Source of the DNA: Spirochaetia bacterium
Lineage (GTDB): Bacteria > Spirochaetota > Spirochaetia > UBA9216
DNA length: 64,000 nt
Reading direction: 5' to 3'
Assembly (NCBI GenBank): GCA_963675665.1
Contig: OY776510.1
Span: 256,001-320,000 of the forward strand
Positions 18,115 through 26,834 of the stretch are shown here, piece by piece. The notes beneath the pieces are model-generated. The model made no database searches, had not been told where the DNA came from, and saw nothing but the letters and a program-made list of their open reading frames with translations. The first letter of the stretch is position 1, and each line of letters begins with the position of its first letter. The position numbers were made by a program, and so were the translations under genes.

Positions 18115-20834
18115 CAGGAATCCCTTCCGACATTAAATCTTTTCCTGCACACAGCCCTGAAACCGCATCCGTCGCAGCGCTTTACCGCTGTAAAATCCCC
18201 GTGCCTGACCGCTGAAGCCATCTGCCTGATGCTTTCTATCGTCAGTCTGCACAGATTCTCGACGTCCTCCTCATCCAAAACGCCGCCGGCGCCGGAAACG
18301 GGAAAGTGGACTCCGTCTTCAATGCTGTAGTATGAAGTCCCGGCTACGCTGAATCCTGCGGCACGGGCCAGAATAATATAAAACGGCAGCTGATAACCCT
18401 TTTCGGGAGGAAGAAGCCCGCCGCTTTCATCAGTTTGTATAAACCTGCTTTTACCCTGCTTTTTCCATGATTTCTTGTAATCTACAATGACAGCCCCGTC
18501 GGGACCGGCAGAAATACGATCTACCCTGCCCTTTACAAATATCTTTTCATTATCGAGAGCATATCCCAGAGGCATCTCAAGCCCTGCAGGCTCATAGCCG
18601 TCGTAATACTCGGCTTCAGCTGAAGGAAACCTGGAAAGGTCCTGTAAGCCGCGCCGTTTCAGTGCGTCCCAGGCAGGGCCGTAGAAATAATTTTCTTCAT
18701 TCTCCCATCGGTAAAAAACCCCGGCGGCAGAATGCCTGATAAGCTCCCGGTATTCTTCAAGACGGGCGGAACTGAACGGCCGGCCGTCTTCCTTAAGCCT
18801 GCAGAAAAAATCATAAAGAATTTCATGCAGAACATTGCCCGCCGTCATCGGGTCTTCGGGCTTAAGTACATACTCATTTTCATACACTTCAAGCAAATCA
18901 GTAAGCAGAAAATTAAACCGGCAGGCTGACCAGCGGTTCAGCGAAGAGGCTGAAATCTTCATCAATCCGCTTTTATCCTGAAGGTTTGTCAGCAGGCTGT
19001 TTAAAACCGGAGATTCCGGAAAAGCTTCTGATGTTGAATCGAAATCCTTCCCGCTCATAAAAGTTGCCGCGGCATAGCTGAAACCTTCAAGCTGAATCTT
19101 GCTGAGTACCGGCAGAGGCCCCTGCACTCCGGAACAGACAGCCGACCACCAGCGTGTTTCAGCCGGAACCGGAGCGTTAAATTGCGCCTGGCCGGTATTC
19201 CCTCCCGGACTGAAGACAATTCTGTTTATTCTGCCGCTTTCAATAAAGATCCCCGGAGGCAGAGCTGTTCCTTCCGGGGTTTCAGAGGAACAGGAAAACC
19301 TGACATCCGCGCCGGATTGCGCATAACTTCTGATAAAATCATCCGTCATATTCAGTTCATTAGTGCCGATATCTCTTCGCTGCTGGTCGGTAAGAAAGCT
19401 GAAAGAGGTTGATACCGCACCGGAAGATTCATGCGACAGTCCGATTACAAAATGAACTGCCGGATTTATCAGAGCCGATACCCTGTACGGGTATACAGCA
19501 ATACCCGGTCCCGGCTGCTGCCGAACGTAAATTTTCTCCCTGAGAATGTCTATCCAGAGCCCGAGCGGATCATCTATGCTCAGACTGTCCAGCTGTTCCG
19601 AGGTTTCGCGCAAAACTGCAAGCACTTCCCTGCTCCGCTGAAAGACCTGTTCGCAGTCCACGTTCCATATATCTGAATCAGTTTCCAGAAACGACGAAAT
19701 GAATGCCTGCACTTCCTGTGCAAGCCTGCTAAAATTCCGGCAGCGGTTTACCGCTTCAATCCTGCTCTTAAGTTTTCTGTAAAAACCTGCAAGATCGGTT
19801 CTTCCGGCAGCGGACAATCTTGAAGCCCATATATCGTCGGAGTTTCCAGGTCCGGTATTCTTCAGACACCTGTTCTCAATCCCGAAACGGACAAGCGCCG
19901 ACGCCGTTTCAGCCTCTTTCCAGATAAAGGCCCGGTATAAAAGCAGATTTTTCATCGATTCAATACTGTAGTTGCTGTTCCGGCAGGCCCGGAGCAGCTC
20001 AGGAAGGCGGCCGGCAGGATATTCAGCCAGGGTTTTCCCGCTTCGATGTCTGAGGGGGATGCCCCTAAGCCGGGCAGCCGACAGCAGAATATCAACTGCA
20101 GCAGGATCGGCACAGGTAACAGCAATATCGGAATAATCCGTTCCGCAAAGCAGCAGATCTTCTATTTCATTCAACACAATATCAGTTTCAATAACAGTGT
20201 TTTCAAATAACCTGAGTTCCGGTCCGACAGCATTTTGGATGCCGATCGTACGGCAGCCCGCAGCAGCAAGTAAAACTGAATACTCATTATAATCTTCAAT
20301 AAGCTCCGGGCAGATTATGTAGTAAATCCTGTCCGGACGGCTTAACCCGGGCAATTCCCAGGACGGCTCATACAATCTGTTCGTTTGCATAAATGAAATA
20401 TATCTTTTATGAAGCTGCAGATAATCTGTTTTAAGCTCCGGGGCAAAGATCCCGCCGTCTGAATCAAGAACCCCCGCAAGGCTGTTCAGCTCCGGAAGGA
20501 TTCTGTATATAACTTCCGAAAACGCTCCGGCCTGCCCCGAATACTCCGCCGGAATCAGTCGGCTGAAAATGGGTTTTCCGTTTGAATTTTCTCTTATAAT
20601 ATCAGCGGCAAACAGTCTCCTCAACAATGCGTTCATGGGTCTTTCTTCCCTGTTGTGAAGAGTAATCTGTTCCTTGAAACTGTCCCAGGAAATAAAACGG
20701 TTTTTCCTGACAGCTTTTTTCCCCGAATTCCGGAGAAATTCTTTACGCCGCTGAACGGCAGCCGCTTCAGACGGAAATACAAATACAGAACCGGTGTTCT
20801 TTTCCGTGATTATTAAATCTGAAATTACCTTCAT
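18114..20834 (-). CDS. addB: AddB-like PD-(D/E)XK nuclease with Fe-S cysteines
   Basis: SASSL..C, GRVDRI, VDYK, QLPFY, CDGC..C; coupled to addA. Confidence 0.8.
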   Translation of the reverse strand: MKVISDLIITEKNTGSVFVFPSEAAAVQRRKEFLRNSGKKAVRKNRFISWDSFKEQITLHNREERPMNALLRRLFAADIIRENSNGKPIFSRLIPAEYSGQAGAFSEVIYRILPELNSLAGVLDSDGGIFAPELKTDYLQLHKRYISFMQTNRLYEPSWELPGLSRPDRIYYIICPELIEDYNEYSVLLAAAGCRTIGIQNAVGPELRLFENTVIETDIVLNEIEDLLLCGTDYSDIAVTCADPAAVDILLSAARLRGIPLRHRSGKTLAEYPAGRLPELLRACRNSNYSIESMKNLLLYRAFIWKEAETASALVRFGIENRCLKNTGPGNSDDIWASRLSAAGRTDLAGFYRKLKSRIEAVNRCRNFSRLAQEVQAFISSFLETDSDIWNVDCEQVFQRSREVLAVLRETSEQLDSLSIDDPLGLWIDILREKIYVRQQPGPGIAVYPYRVSALINPAVHFVIGLSHESSGAVSTSFSFLTDQQRRDIGTNELNMTDDFIRSYAQSGADVRFSCSSETPEGTALPPGIFIESGRINRIVFSPGGNTGQAQFNAPVPAETRWWSAVCSGVQGPLPVLSKIQLEGFSYAAATFMSGKDFDSTSEAFPESPVLNSLLTNLQDKSGLMKISASSLNRWSACRFNFLLTDLLEVYENEYVLKPEDPMTAGNVLHEILYDFFCRLKEDGRPFSSARLEEYRELIRHSAAGVFYRWENEENYFYGPAWDALKRRGLQDLSRFPSAEAEYYDGYEPAGLEMPLGYALDNEKIFVKGRVDRISAGPDGAVIVDYKKSWKKQGKSRFIQTDESGGLLPPEKGYQLPFYIILARAAGFSVAGTSYYSIEDGVHFPVSGAGGVLDEEDVENLCRLTIESIRQMASAVRHGDFTAVKRCDGCGFRAVCRKRFNVGRDS

Positions 20835-20899
20835 CTGTAAGCCATTATATACTAAAAACTTGCTTGACTACAAACCTTAATCAAGTTTTAATAATTATA

Positions 20900-21835
20900 A
20901 TGAGAATTTCAAACAGTATAATAACCTTTTGTGTAAAAGCCCTCTCACAGTCAATGGACAACCGAACCATGACAATGCTGGCAAGACGCCTGCTTCCCGG
21001 TTACGATCTTCACGAACGTACCGGAATTCCTCAAAGTGTTGCAGTACCCAACCAGAACGCCGCGCGTCAGATTATCGGAGATATAATACAATGCGGAATG
21101 TTTCTTGATTTCGTGCTTCTGCTTATAGATTTCAGTGATCAGGGCAAAGGCCTTGCCGGAAGGAAAATATCAATTCCGTATCTGCGCCAGATTCTTAACG
21201 GGGTTTACCAGATGGGTTACATTTACGACCGCGGAAACAGAATCTTCGTGGAAAATCCTACGGAAAGAAAAACCAGGAACTGGGGAACGCTTAAAAACCA
21301 TAATGAATATACAATGGCGTTCCTGCGGATAGATATTGTCGGCAATTCAGAGATAGTAAGACAAAATTCACCGGATTGCATTGAAAAAGCTTACGTTGCC
21401 ATGCGCGATATTTTCATAACCTCGGTAGAAAAACGCAACGGAAGAGTCTGGAGCTGGGACGGCGACGGAGGGCTTGCCGCATTCTGCCTGGGAAACATGA
21501 ACGAGGTTGCAACCCTGAGTGCAATTGAGATTCTTCATGAACTCTTTATCTTCAACAACACAATTTGCCCTCTTGATAACGGAATACGGGTAAGAATAGC
21601 GGTTCACAGCGGTCCTTTTGAATATACATCCGATAACGAAAAAATGGTAAATTCCGAAACTGTCAAAAAAGTTGTCGAAATAGAGCATAAGCATACAAAG
21701 AACGGCCGGATTACAATAAGTCATGCAGTTAAAATGATGCTTGAGACCCTTACTTCAAAACAGTTTGAAGCATTTAAATCAGGTGATAACAGGACATATT
21801 TTGAATACTGCATAAGGATTTCATGCGATGATTAA
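20900..21835 (+). CDS. Class III nucleotidyl cyclase-fold protein A (metal-binding Asp pair intact)
   Basis: FLRIDIVGNS, WDGDG, RIAVHSG; helical N-terminal ~130 aa. ATG 20900 preferred over TTG 20864, which coincides with the -35 box TTGACT. Confidence 0.8.
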   Translation: MRISNSIITFCVKALSQSMDNRTMTMLARRLLPGYDLHERTGIPQSVAVPNQNAARQIIGDIIQCGMFLDFVLLLIDFSDQGKGLAGRKISIPYLRQILNGVYQMGYIYDRGNRIFVENPTERKTRNWGTLKNHNEYTMAFLRIDIVGNSEIVRQNSPDCIEKAYVAMRDIFITSVEKRNGRVWSWDGDGGLAAFCLGNMNEVATLSAIEILHELFIFNNTICPLDNGIRVRIAVHSGPFEYTSDNEKMVNSETVKKVVEIEHKHTKNGRITISHAVKMMLETLTSKQFEAFKSGDNRTYFEYCIRISCDD

Positions 21836-22841
21836 AATAGTCTTTTTTACCGACAGCCAGGCGCCGCTTAAATATTTCTCGGCCTTTGATAAATCAAATA
21901 AATGGGAACTGACTTCCTTCAGCTGCAGCAAACTCAGAAAGCTTTTAAAAAACCCTTCCGAAGATACTGTGTACCTTCTCGACTATGCATCTGTATCTGA
22001 GGACAAACAGAAGAAAGAACTTAACTACCTGCTGAAAAAAGAGGAAGTCCCCAGAATCATCATCGACAGAAAGAACGATATCGACGACCCTGCCTCCATT
22101 CTGATGAAAGGCTGTGATTATCTCGGTTCAAAATTTCTGAAAGAAGGAATAAAACCCGCGCGTCTGAACAGTTATTTTGATTTCTATTACGGATCAGGCG
22201 ACGAGTCCGAAGGTGTCGCCGCCGGTTCGGAGAAGGCTGACTCCGGAAAAAAGAATAAAACAAAACACATTGCAGTAAAAGACGGGTGGAAAGAAATTAA
22301 AAGCGGAAAAGACTATACCTTCTACATGCTTTTTACTGAAATATCCATCCCGGCTGAATGGAAAAAGAAATCCGGAAGCAGGCACCTGAACAACCTGAAA
22401 CAGACATTTCAGGCATTAGCCGAGCGAGAAGCCTCCCTGTGTAACGGAAAGGTATGGATATGGAATGAATACGGCGGATTAATATTATTTCCCTACACCG
22501 GCGTATCATGCAGCCCGGTGATTGCCGCCGTTAAACTGCTTCTGAACAGGGTAATAAGCAGTGTTGAAGATTTTAACCTGCACACGCCGATTGAACTCCG
22601 CGCAGCAATGCATCTTGGAATAACTACCTGGAAAAAACGCGGTAATACCGGAACGATAATATCCGACTCTCTCAATTCCATTTTCCATCTCGGTTCCAAA
22701 TATACACCGCTGAATGACTTTGATATAACTGAAGATGTATACCTGGAACTGCTTCCCGAACTGAAAAAACTTTTCAGTGAAACCGGGGATTTTGAAGGGC
22801 GAAAAATATACCGTCTATGCCATTTTGAAGTTAACTCTTAA
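21828..22841 (+). CDS. Receiver-like + degenerate class III cyclase-fold protein B
   Basis: Aligns by eye with protein A (W..IKSGKDYT, GKVWIW, RAAMHLG, DSLN); overlaps A by 8 nt. Confidence 0.7.
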   Translation: MIKIVFFTDSQAPLKYFSAFDKSNKWELTSFSCSKLRKLLKNPSEDTVYLLDYASVSEDKQKKELNYLLKKEEVPRIIIDRKNDIDDPASILMKGCDYLGSKFLKEGIKPARLNSYFDFYYGSGDESEGVAAGSEKADSGKKNKTKHIAVKDGWKEIKSGKDYTFYMLFTEISIPAEWKKKSGSRHLNNLKQTFQALAEREASLCNGKVWIWNEYGGLILFPYTGVSCSPVIAAVKLLLNRVISSVEDFNLHTPIELRAAMHLGITTWKKRGNTGTIISDSLNSIFHLGSKYTPLNDFDITEDVYLELLPELKKLFSETGDFEGRKIYRLCHFEVNS

Positions 22842-22851
22842 CGTTATCTGC

Positions 22852-22881
22852 TTGACAGGGTATATCCTGTTCCGGTATATT
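22852..22881 (+). promoter_or_regulatory. sigma70 promoter of tRNA-Ala
   Basis: TTGACA-18-TATATT, 10 nt upstream of the tRNA. Confidence 0.7.
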
Positions 22882-22891
22882 ACGATCAGTC

Positions 22892-22965
22892 GGGGGTGTA
22901 GCTCAGTTGGCTAGAGCGCGTGAATGGCATTCACGAGGTCAGGGGTTCGATTCCCCTCACCTCCA
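22892..22965 (+). tRNA. tRNA-Ala(GGC), CCA not encoded
   Basis: Acceptor GGGGGTG/CACCTCC with G3:U70; D arm GCTC/GAGC; anticodon arm CGTGA-ATGGCAT-TCACG; T loop TTCGATT. Confidence 0.97.
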
Positions 22966-22974
22966 ATATAAAAA

Positions 22975-24621
22975 ATGGACCAAAACCAGAACAATAACGG
23001 TAATGTCTTCTCCGGTGAGGTGGACCCCGAGATTGCGGATCTTTTCGGAATCGAGGAAAACGACGGCCCGTCTTTCGACTTGCTCTTTGAAGAAGGGAGC
23101 CCTGCTCAGAATAATCAGGAAAAAGAAACAACTGACTTCACAAAAAGAGGGTTTGAGCCCATTACAAAGTTTTTTGAAGACAGCCCTGCCCCCTTTTTCA
23201 AGGATAAAGCTTACTACCAGAAGGCTCTTTCCGGAGAAGGCGAAGCTTCTCAGCGATTTCATAAAATTCTAAGCCAGTATCTGAATATCGAAGATCCCAA
23301 ACTGCGTTCTGCAATGCGCTCCAAGCTTATATCTGCATACTGGGAACTCGCTGAAAGCATTGCAAAAAACATCCATTCAGGATTGGAACATCCCAAACAG
23401 ATGACAATCAGGTTTGGGGCAGTTCTGCCGAACCTTTTATCTGCCGAAACAAGAGATTTACTTTCAAGACTGATTATAGACAATAATACCGACGAACCTG
23501 TTCATTATATTGACGAATGGCTTTATAAAATATCCACCGGTTATATTACCGCGTCAACGACTGACGAGGTTAAACCGTCAAAGCTGAAAAGTTCCGAAAA
23601 CGTCCGGCCGCAGATAGAAAAGCAGGAAGGATCGCAGCAGGCACTTTTGGGCCTTATTCAGCAAAAACAGAATTCACTTGCAGATTATGAAAACATGCTG
23701 ACCGAGAATGTAAGGATCCTGTCTTCAAAACAGAGGCACCATCAATACAATAATATTTTTAACGTATATTCGGCAGAACATAAAAAAGCGATATATGAAA
23801 TCAGCCAGGCTTTAAAAAATCTTCAGAAAATTGATAAAGAAGTTTCTACGCTCTTTTTTGACCTTGAAAAGAATGAAAAGCTCCTTGGTCAGCTCCGGGA
23901 AAAAGCGGAACGCCTGGGCGAGGTTATGCATGTAGACACCTCCGTTATAATAAAGGAATTCGGTTCTCTCAGACAAATGGCCAAGATGTGCGTAGGCCGC
24001 CAGGGCAACCACATCCCGATATTGATGAAGCAGTATTTTAACGCTGACAAACGAAATATCGGCAGCCGTGAGAATGTACTCTGCGAGGTGGCCAAAATAG
24101 AGGCAATTGATTCAGGTCTTTTTCTTAGAACCTTCAAGCGTGAAACAAACCGTATTGTACCGTATTTTATACTTGTTCCGTGTTATGGAGAACGAGGTAT
24201 CTGCTGGGAACCTTTTGAAAAATATAACAGGGGAACAAGCCGCGGACGTGTTGCAATACCCATGTATTCAAAAGACCTTAAATCCGCCGTTATTACAGCA
24301 CTTGCCGATTTAAGATGGCAAATTGCAAAAGAGAAAGCCCAGCACTACTGGATGGAAGAGGGCCTTACCGGTCACTATTACCAGTGGTTTTCTGAAAAAC
24401 ACCTTAAGGGCGACGTCAGAGAACGGTTTATCACAGACTATGCCCTCTGGATCACAAAAGAAAGCGAAGGTACCCAGAAGCTGGATCGTGACGTGCGCGG
24501 TATTTTCTGGCGTGACATGCCGTTTCCGGATGAAATCAGGGAAAAACTCAAAAACCGGGGTTTTGTCTACAACGAACTCTATAAAAAAGACATCAACCGT
24601 TCAATGTCGGACGGATATTAA
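22975..24621 (+). CDS. Hypothetical protein with acidic N-terminus and central coiled coil
   Basis: 548-aa ORF, no motif recognised; starts 9 nt after the tRNA. Confidence 0.8.
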   Translation: MDQNQNNNGNVFSGEVDPEIADLFGIEENDGPSFDLLFEEGSPAQNNQEKETTDFTKRGFEPITKFFEDSPAPFFKDKAYYQKALSGEGEASQRFHKILSQYLNIEDPKLRSAMRSKLISAYWELAESIAKNIHSGLEHPKQMTIRFGAVLPNLLSAETRDLLSRLIIDNNTDEPVHYIDEWLYKISTGYITASTTDEVKPSKLKSSENVRPQIEKQEGSQQALLGLIQQKQNSLADYENMLTENVRILSSKQRHHQYNNIFNVYSAEHKKAIYEISQALKNLQKIDKEVSTLFFDLEKNEKLLGQLREKAERLGEVMHVDTSVIIKEFGSLRQMAKMCVGRQGNHIPILMKQYFNADKRNIGSRENVLCEVAKIEAIDSGLFLRTFKRETNRIVPYFILVPCYGERGICWEPFEKYNRGTSRGRVAIPMYSKDLKSAVITALADLRWQIAKEKAQHYWMEEGLTGHYYQWFSEKHLKGDVRERFITDYALWITKESEGTQKLDRDVRGIFWRDMPFPDEIREKLKNRGFVYNELYKKDINRSMSDGY

Positions 24622-24629
24622 ACCTCTGT

Positions 24630-25406
24630 CTACAACCCCGTCGGCACATCAATAAAAACAGTTTCAATTTCAAGATCCGAAGCCGTGCGCTCCGAAAGAA
24701 GTCTTACGCCCCAGGTTTCAGTATTATAATGGCCGCCGCAGATCAGATTAATTCCGTTTTCAAGACACGGATGATAGATCGCATGCGATGCATCTCCGGT
24801 TATATACAGATCGGCTTTCTCGTCAATTGCCTGGTATACGTCATTCGCCGCCCCTCCGGAAACTACAGCGACACTGCTGATTTGTTCCGACCCGAAGGGC
24901 AGCACCGACAGAGCCCTGTCGAAAGTAAGTCCCAGCCTCTCAAGAATTTCATCCATGCTCAAAGCAGGCGACAGTCGACCTTTATATCCAATCTTTATAC
25001 CGTGATATTCTCCGAACGGCTCGGGTTCGATAATACCCAGCGCGGAACATATGCCTGCGTTGTTTCCGAATTCCGGGTGAATGTCAAGGGGCAGGTGCGA
25101 CGCATAGAGGGCTATATTATTATCAAAAAGATACCTGAGCCGCCGCAAATGGGCGCCGTCTACCTGTACCGGCCGGCCCCAGAACAGTCCATGATGCACA
25201 ACCAGCAGGTCCGCTCCAAGTTCCGCCGCGCGCTCAAATGTTTCCATGCAGGCGTCTACTGCAAAAGCGGCTTTTTTAACTTCAACATTATCCGCATTAC
25301 CGTTACCCGCCCCGACCTGTATCCCGTTCATGGAAATATCAGTCTTTTCAAGCCGGTCAATCTCCATCAATCCCCGAAAATATCTGTCTATACCTGAAAG
25401 CAGCAT
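24630..25406 (-). CDS. Nif3-like dinuclear metal-centre protein (YbgI family)
   Basis: NGIQV, VHHG, HLPLD, GHYNTE. Confidence 0.93.
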   Translation of the reverse strand: MLLSGIDRYFRGLMEIDRLEKTDISMNGIQVGAGNGNADNVEVKKAAFAVDACMETFERAAELGADLLVVHHGLFWGRPVQVDGAHLRRLRYLFDNNIALYASHLPLDIHPEFGNNAGICSALGIIEPEPFGEYHGIKIGYKGRLSPALSMDEILERLGLTFDRALSVLPFGSEQISSVAVVSGGAANDVYQAIDEKADLYITGDASHAIYHPCLENGINLICGGHYNTETWGVRLLSERTASDLEIETVFIDVPTGL

Positions 25407-25441
25407 AAATCACCTCCGTCAGCGGGCTGCAGCCGCCTGAA

Positions 25442-26806
25442 TTATCCCCACAGTTCAGAATCATCCGGCACATGGTTTCCGGCTATATAATAACCTACTC
25501 TCGATATATTAATCAGGTGCCTGTAGGAAAGGTTTTCGGAAATGCTGTTATTGCCCCAGGAACCGCAACCGAGGGTGGTTGTAGGCGTGAAACCGTTAAA
25601 GAAACTGCCGCCGGCGCTTGTAGATGAGCTCTGGTTAATAACAAACCGGCTTGCATTCAATCCAAGCGCAGCCTTTTCAATATTTTCAGCATTATCCGAA
25701 TGTATTGCAACCGAATGCCCGGCGCCTTCATATTCCAGATTTGCGGCGGCTATATCTACAGCTTCATTAAAACTGTTATATAGATAAACCGACAGTACGG
25801 GACACATCTTTTCTTTGGACAGCAAATCAGCCCTGCCGCTGCCTTCTGCAGCAACAAGAAGGACTCTGACATCTTCAGAAACTTTCAAACCGGCCATTGC
25901 AGAGACCTTTGACGCCGGCTGACCGACCAGATCCGGATTCATCTTTCCCTCCGGAAAAAGAACCTTGCGAACAGCTGATATTTCCTCGCCGGAACGCGCA
26001 ACATAGCAGCCGTTCTTCTCAAATTCCGCCATAACCTTTTCATAGTCGTCCGTATGAACAATAACCGACTGCTCGGAAGAGCAGATAATTCCATTGTCGA
26101 AACTGCGTCCGATAATAATTTTCGGTACAACCTCGGAAAAATCCAGGCCCCGATCGATAATACACTGTACATTGCCGGCGCCGACGCCGAAAGCAGGTTT
26201 CCCCGATGAATAGGCGGCTTTCACCATGCCCATTCCCCCGGTAGCAATCACAACATCGGCTGAAGCCATCAGCTCACGGGTGTTCTCGCGCGACTGTTGA
26301 TCAATGATCTGAACAAGATTTTCAGGAGCCCCTATCCGGGAAAGTTCGGCATTGATCAACCCGACGGTTCTGGTGCTGCTGTGCAGAGCCCTGTGGTGGG
26401 GCGTAAAAATTATCGCATTGCCGCCTTTAACTGCGAACATGGCGTTGCACATCGGAGTGACTATCGGATTGGTACACGGAGTAACCGCCGCAATCACGCC
26501 AACCGGTTTGGCGATCTCGACAATTCCTTCGGATTCAATTCTTCTTATGATACCCCGGGACTTTTTCCCTTTCAGACTGTTCCATATAATCGACGGTTTC
26601 GCCCTGTTCTTAAGGGTCTTGTCCGCTACATTACCCATTCCGGTCTCTTCAACCGCCATCTCCGCAAGCTCGGCTGCATTTTCATATACTACGCGTCCGA
26701 TCATCTTTACAGCCTCGTCGACCTGCTCCTGATTCCAGGATTCAAAAACCCTGCGGGCCTCAACGGCCCTTTCTATATAACCCCTGATATAATCTGTTGA
26801 TTCCAT
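25442..26806 (-). CDS. CoA-acylating aldehyde dehydrogenase (SucD/AdhE-N family)
   Basis: EETGMG, PCTNP, ATGG, GVGAGN, FDNGIICSSEQ, EKMCP, TLGCGSWG. Confidence 0.9.
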   Translation of the reverse strand: MESTDYIRGYIERAVEARRVFESWNQEQVDEAVKMIGRVVYENAAELAEMAVEETGMGNVADKTLKNRAKPSIIWNSLKGKKSRGIIRRIESEGIVEIAKPVGVIAAVTPCTNPIVTPMCNAMFAVKGGNAIIFTPHHRALHSSTRTVGLINAELSRIGAPENLVQIIDQQSRENTRELMASADVVIATGGMGMVKAAYSSGKPAFGVGAGNVQCIIDRGLDFSEVVPKIIIGRSFDNGIICSSEQSVIVHTDDYEKVMAEFEKNGCYVARSGEEISAVRKVLFPEGKMNPDLVGQPASKVSAMAGLKVSEDVRVLLVAAEGSGRADLLSKEKMCPVLSVYLYNSFNEAVDIAAANLEYEGAGHSVAIHSDNAENIEKAALGLNASRFVINQSSSTSAGGSFFNGFTPTTTLGCGSWGNNSISENLSYRHLINISRVGYYIAGNHVPDDSELWG

Positions 26807-26834
26807 GCTGCGATTATAGTAATATCAGCATTGA

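Noticed and set aside
20900-22841. Pycsar or CBASS defence system
   Set aside because: No adjacent cNMP-TM or TIR effector, no CD-NTase motifs, and no defence-island context.
22892-22965. tRNA as an island or prophage attachment site
   Set aside because: No integrase and no duplicated tRNA 3' end seen; flanks look like core genes.
22907-23272. ORF starting inside the tRNA
   Set aside because: Overlaps the tRNA and is out of frame with the 548-aa gene.
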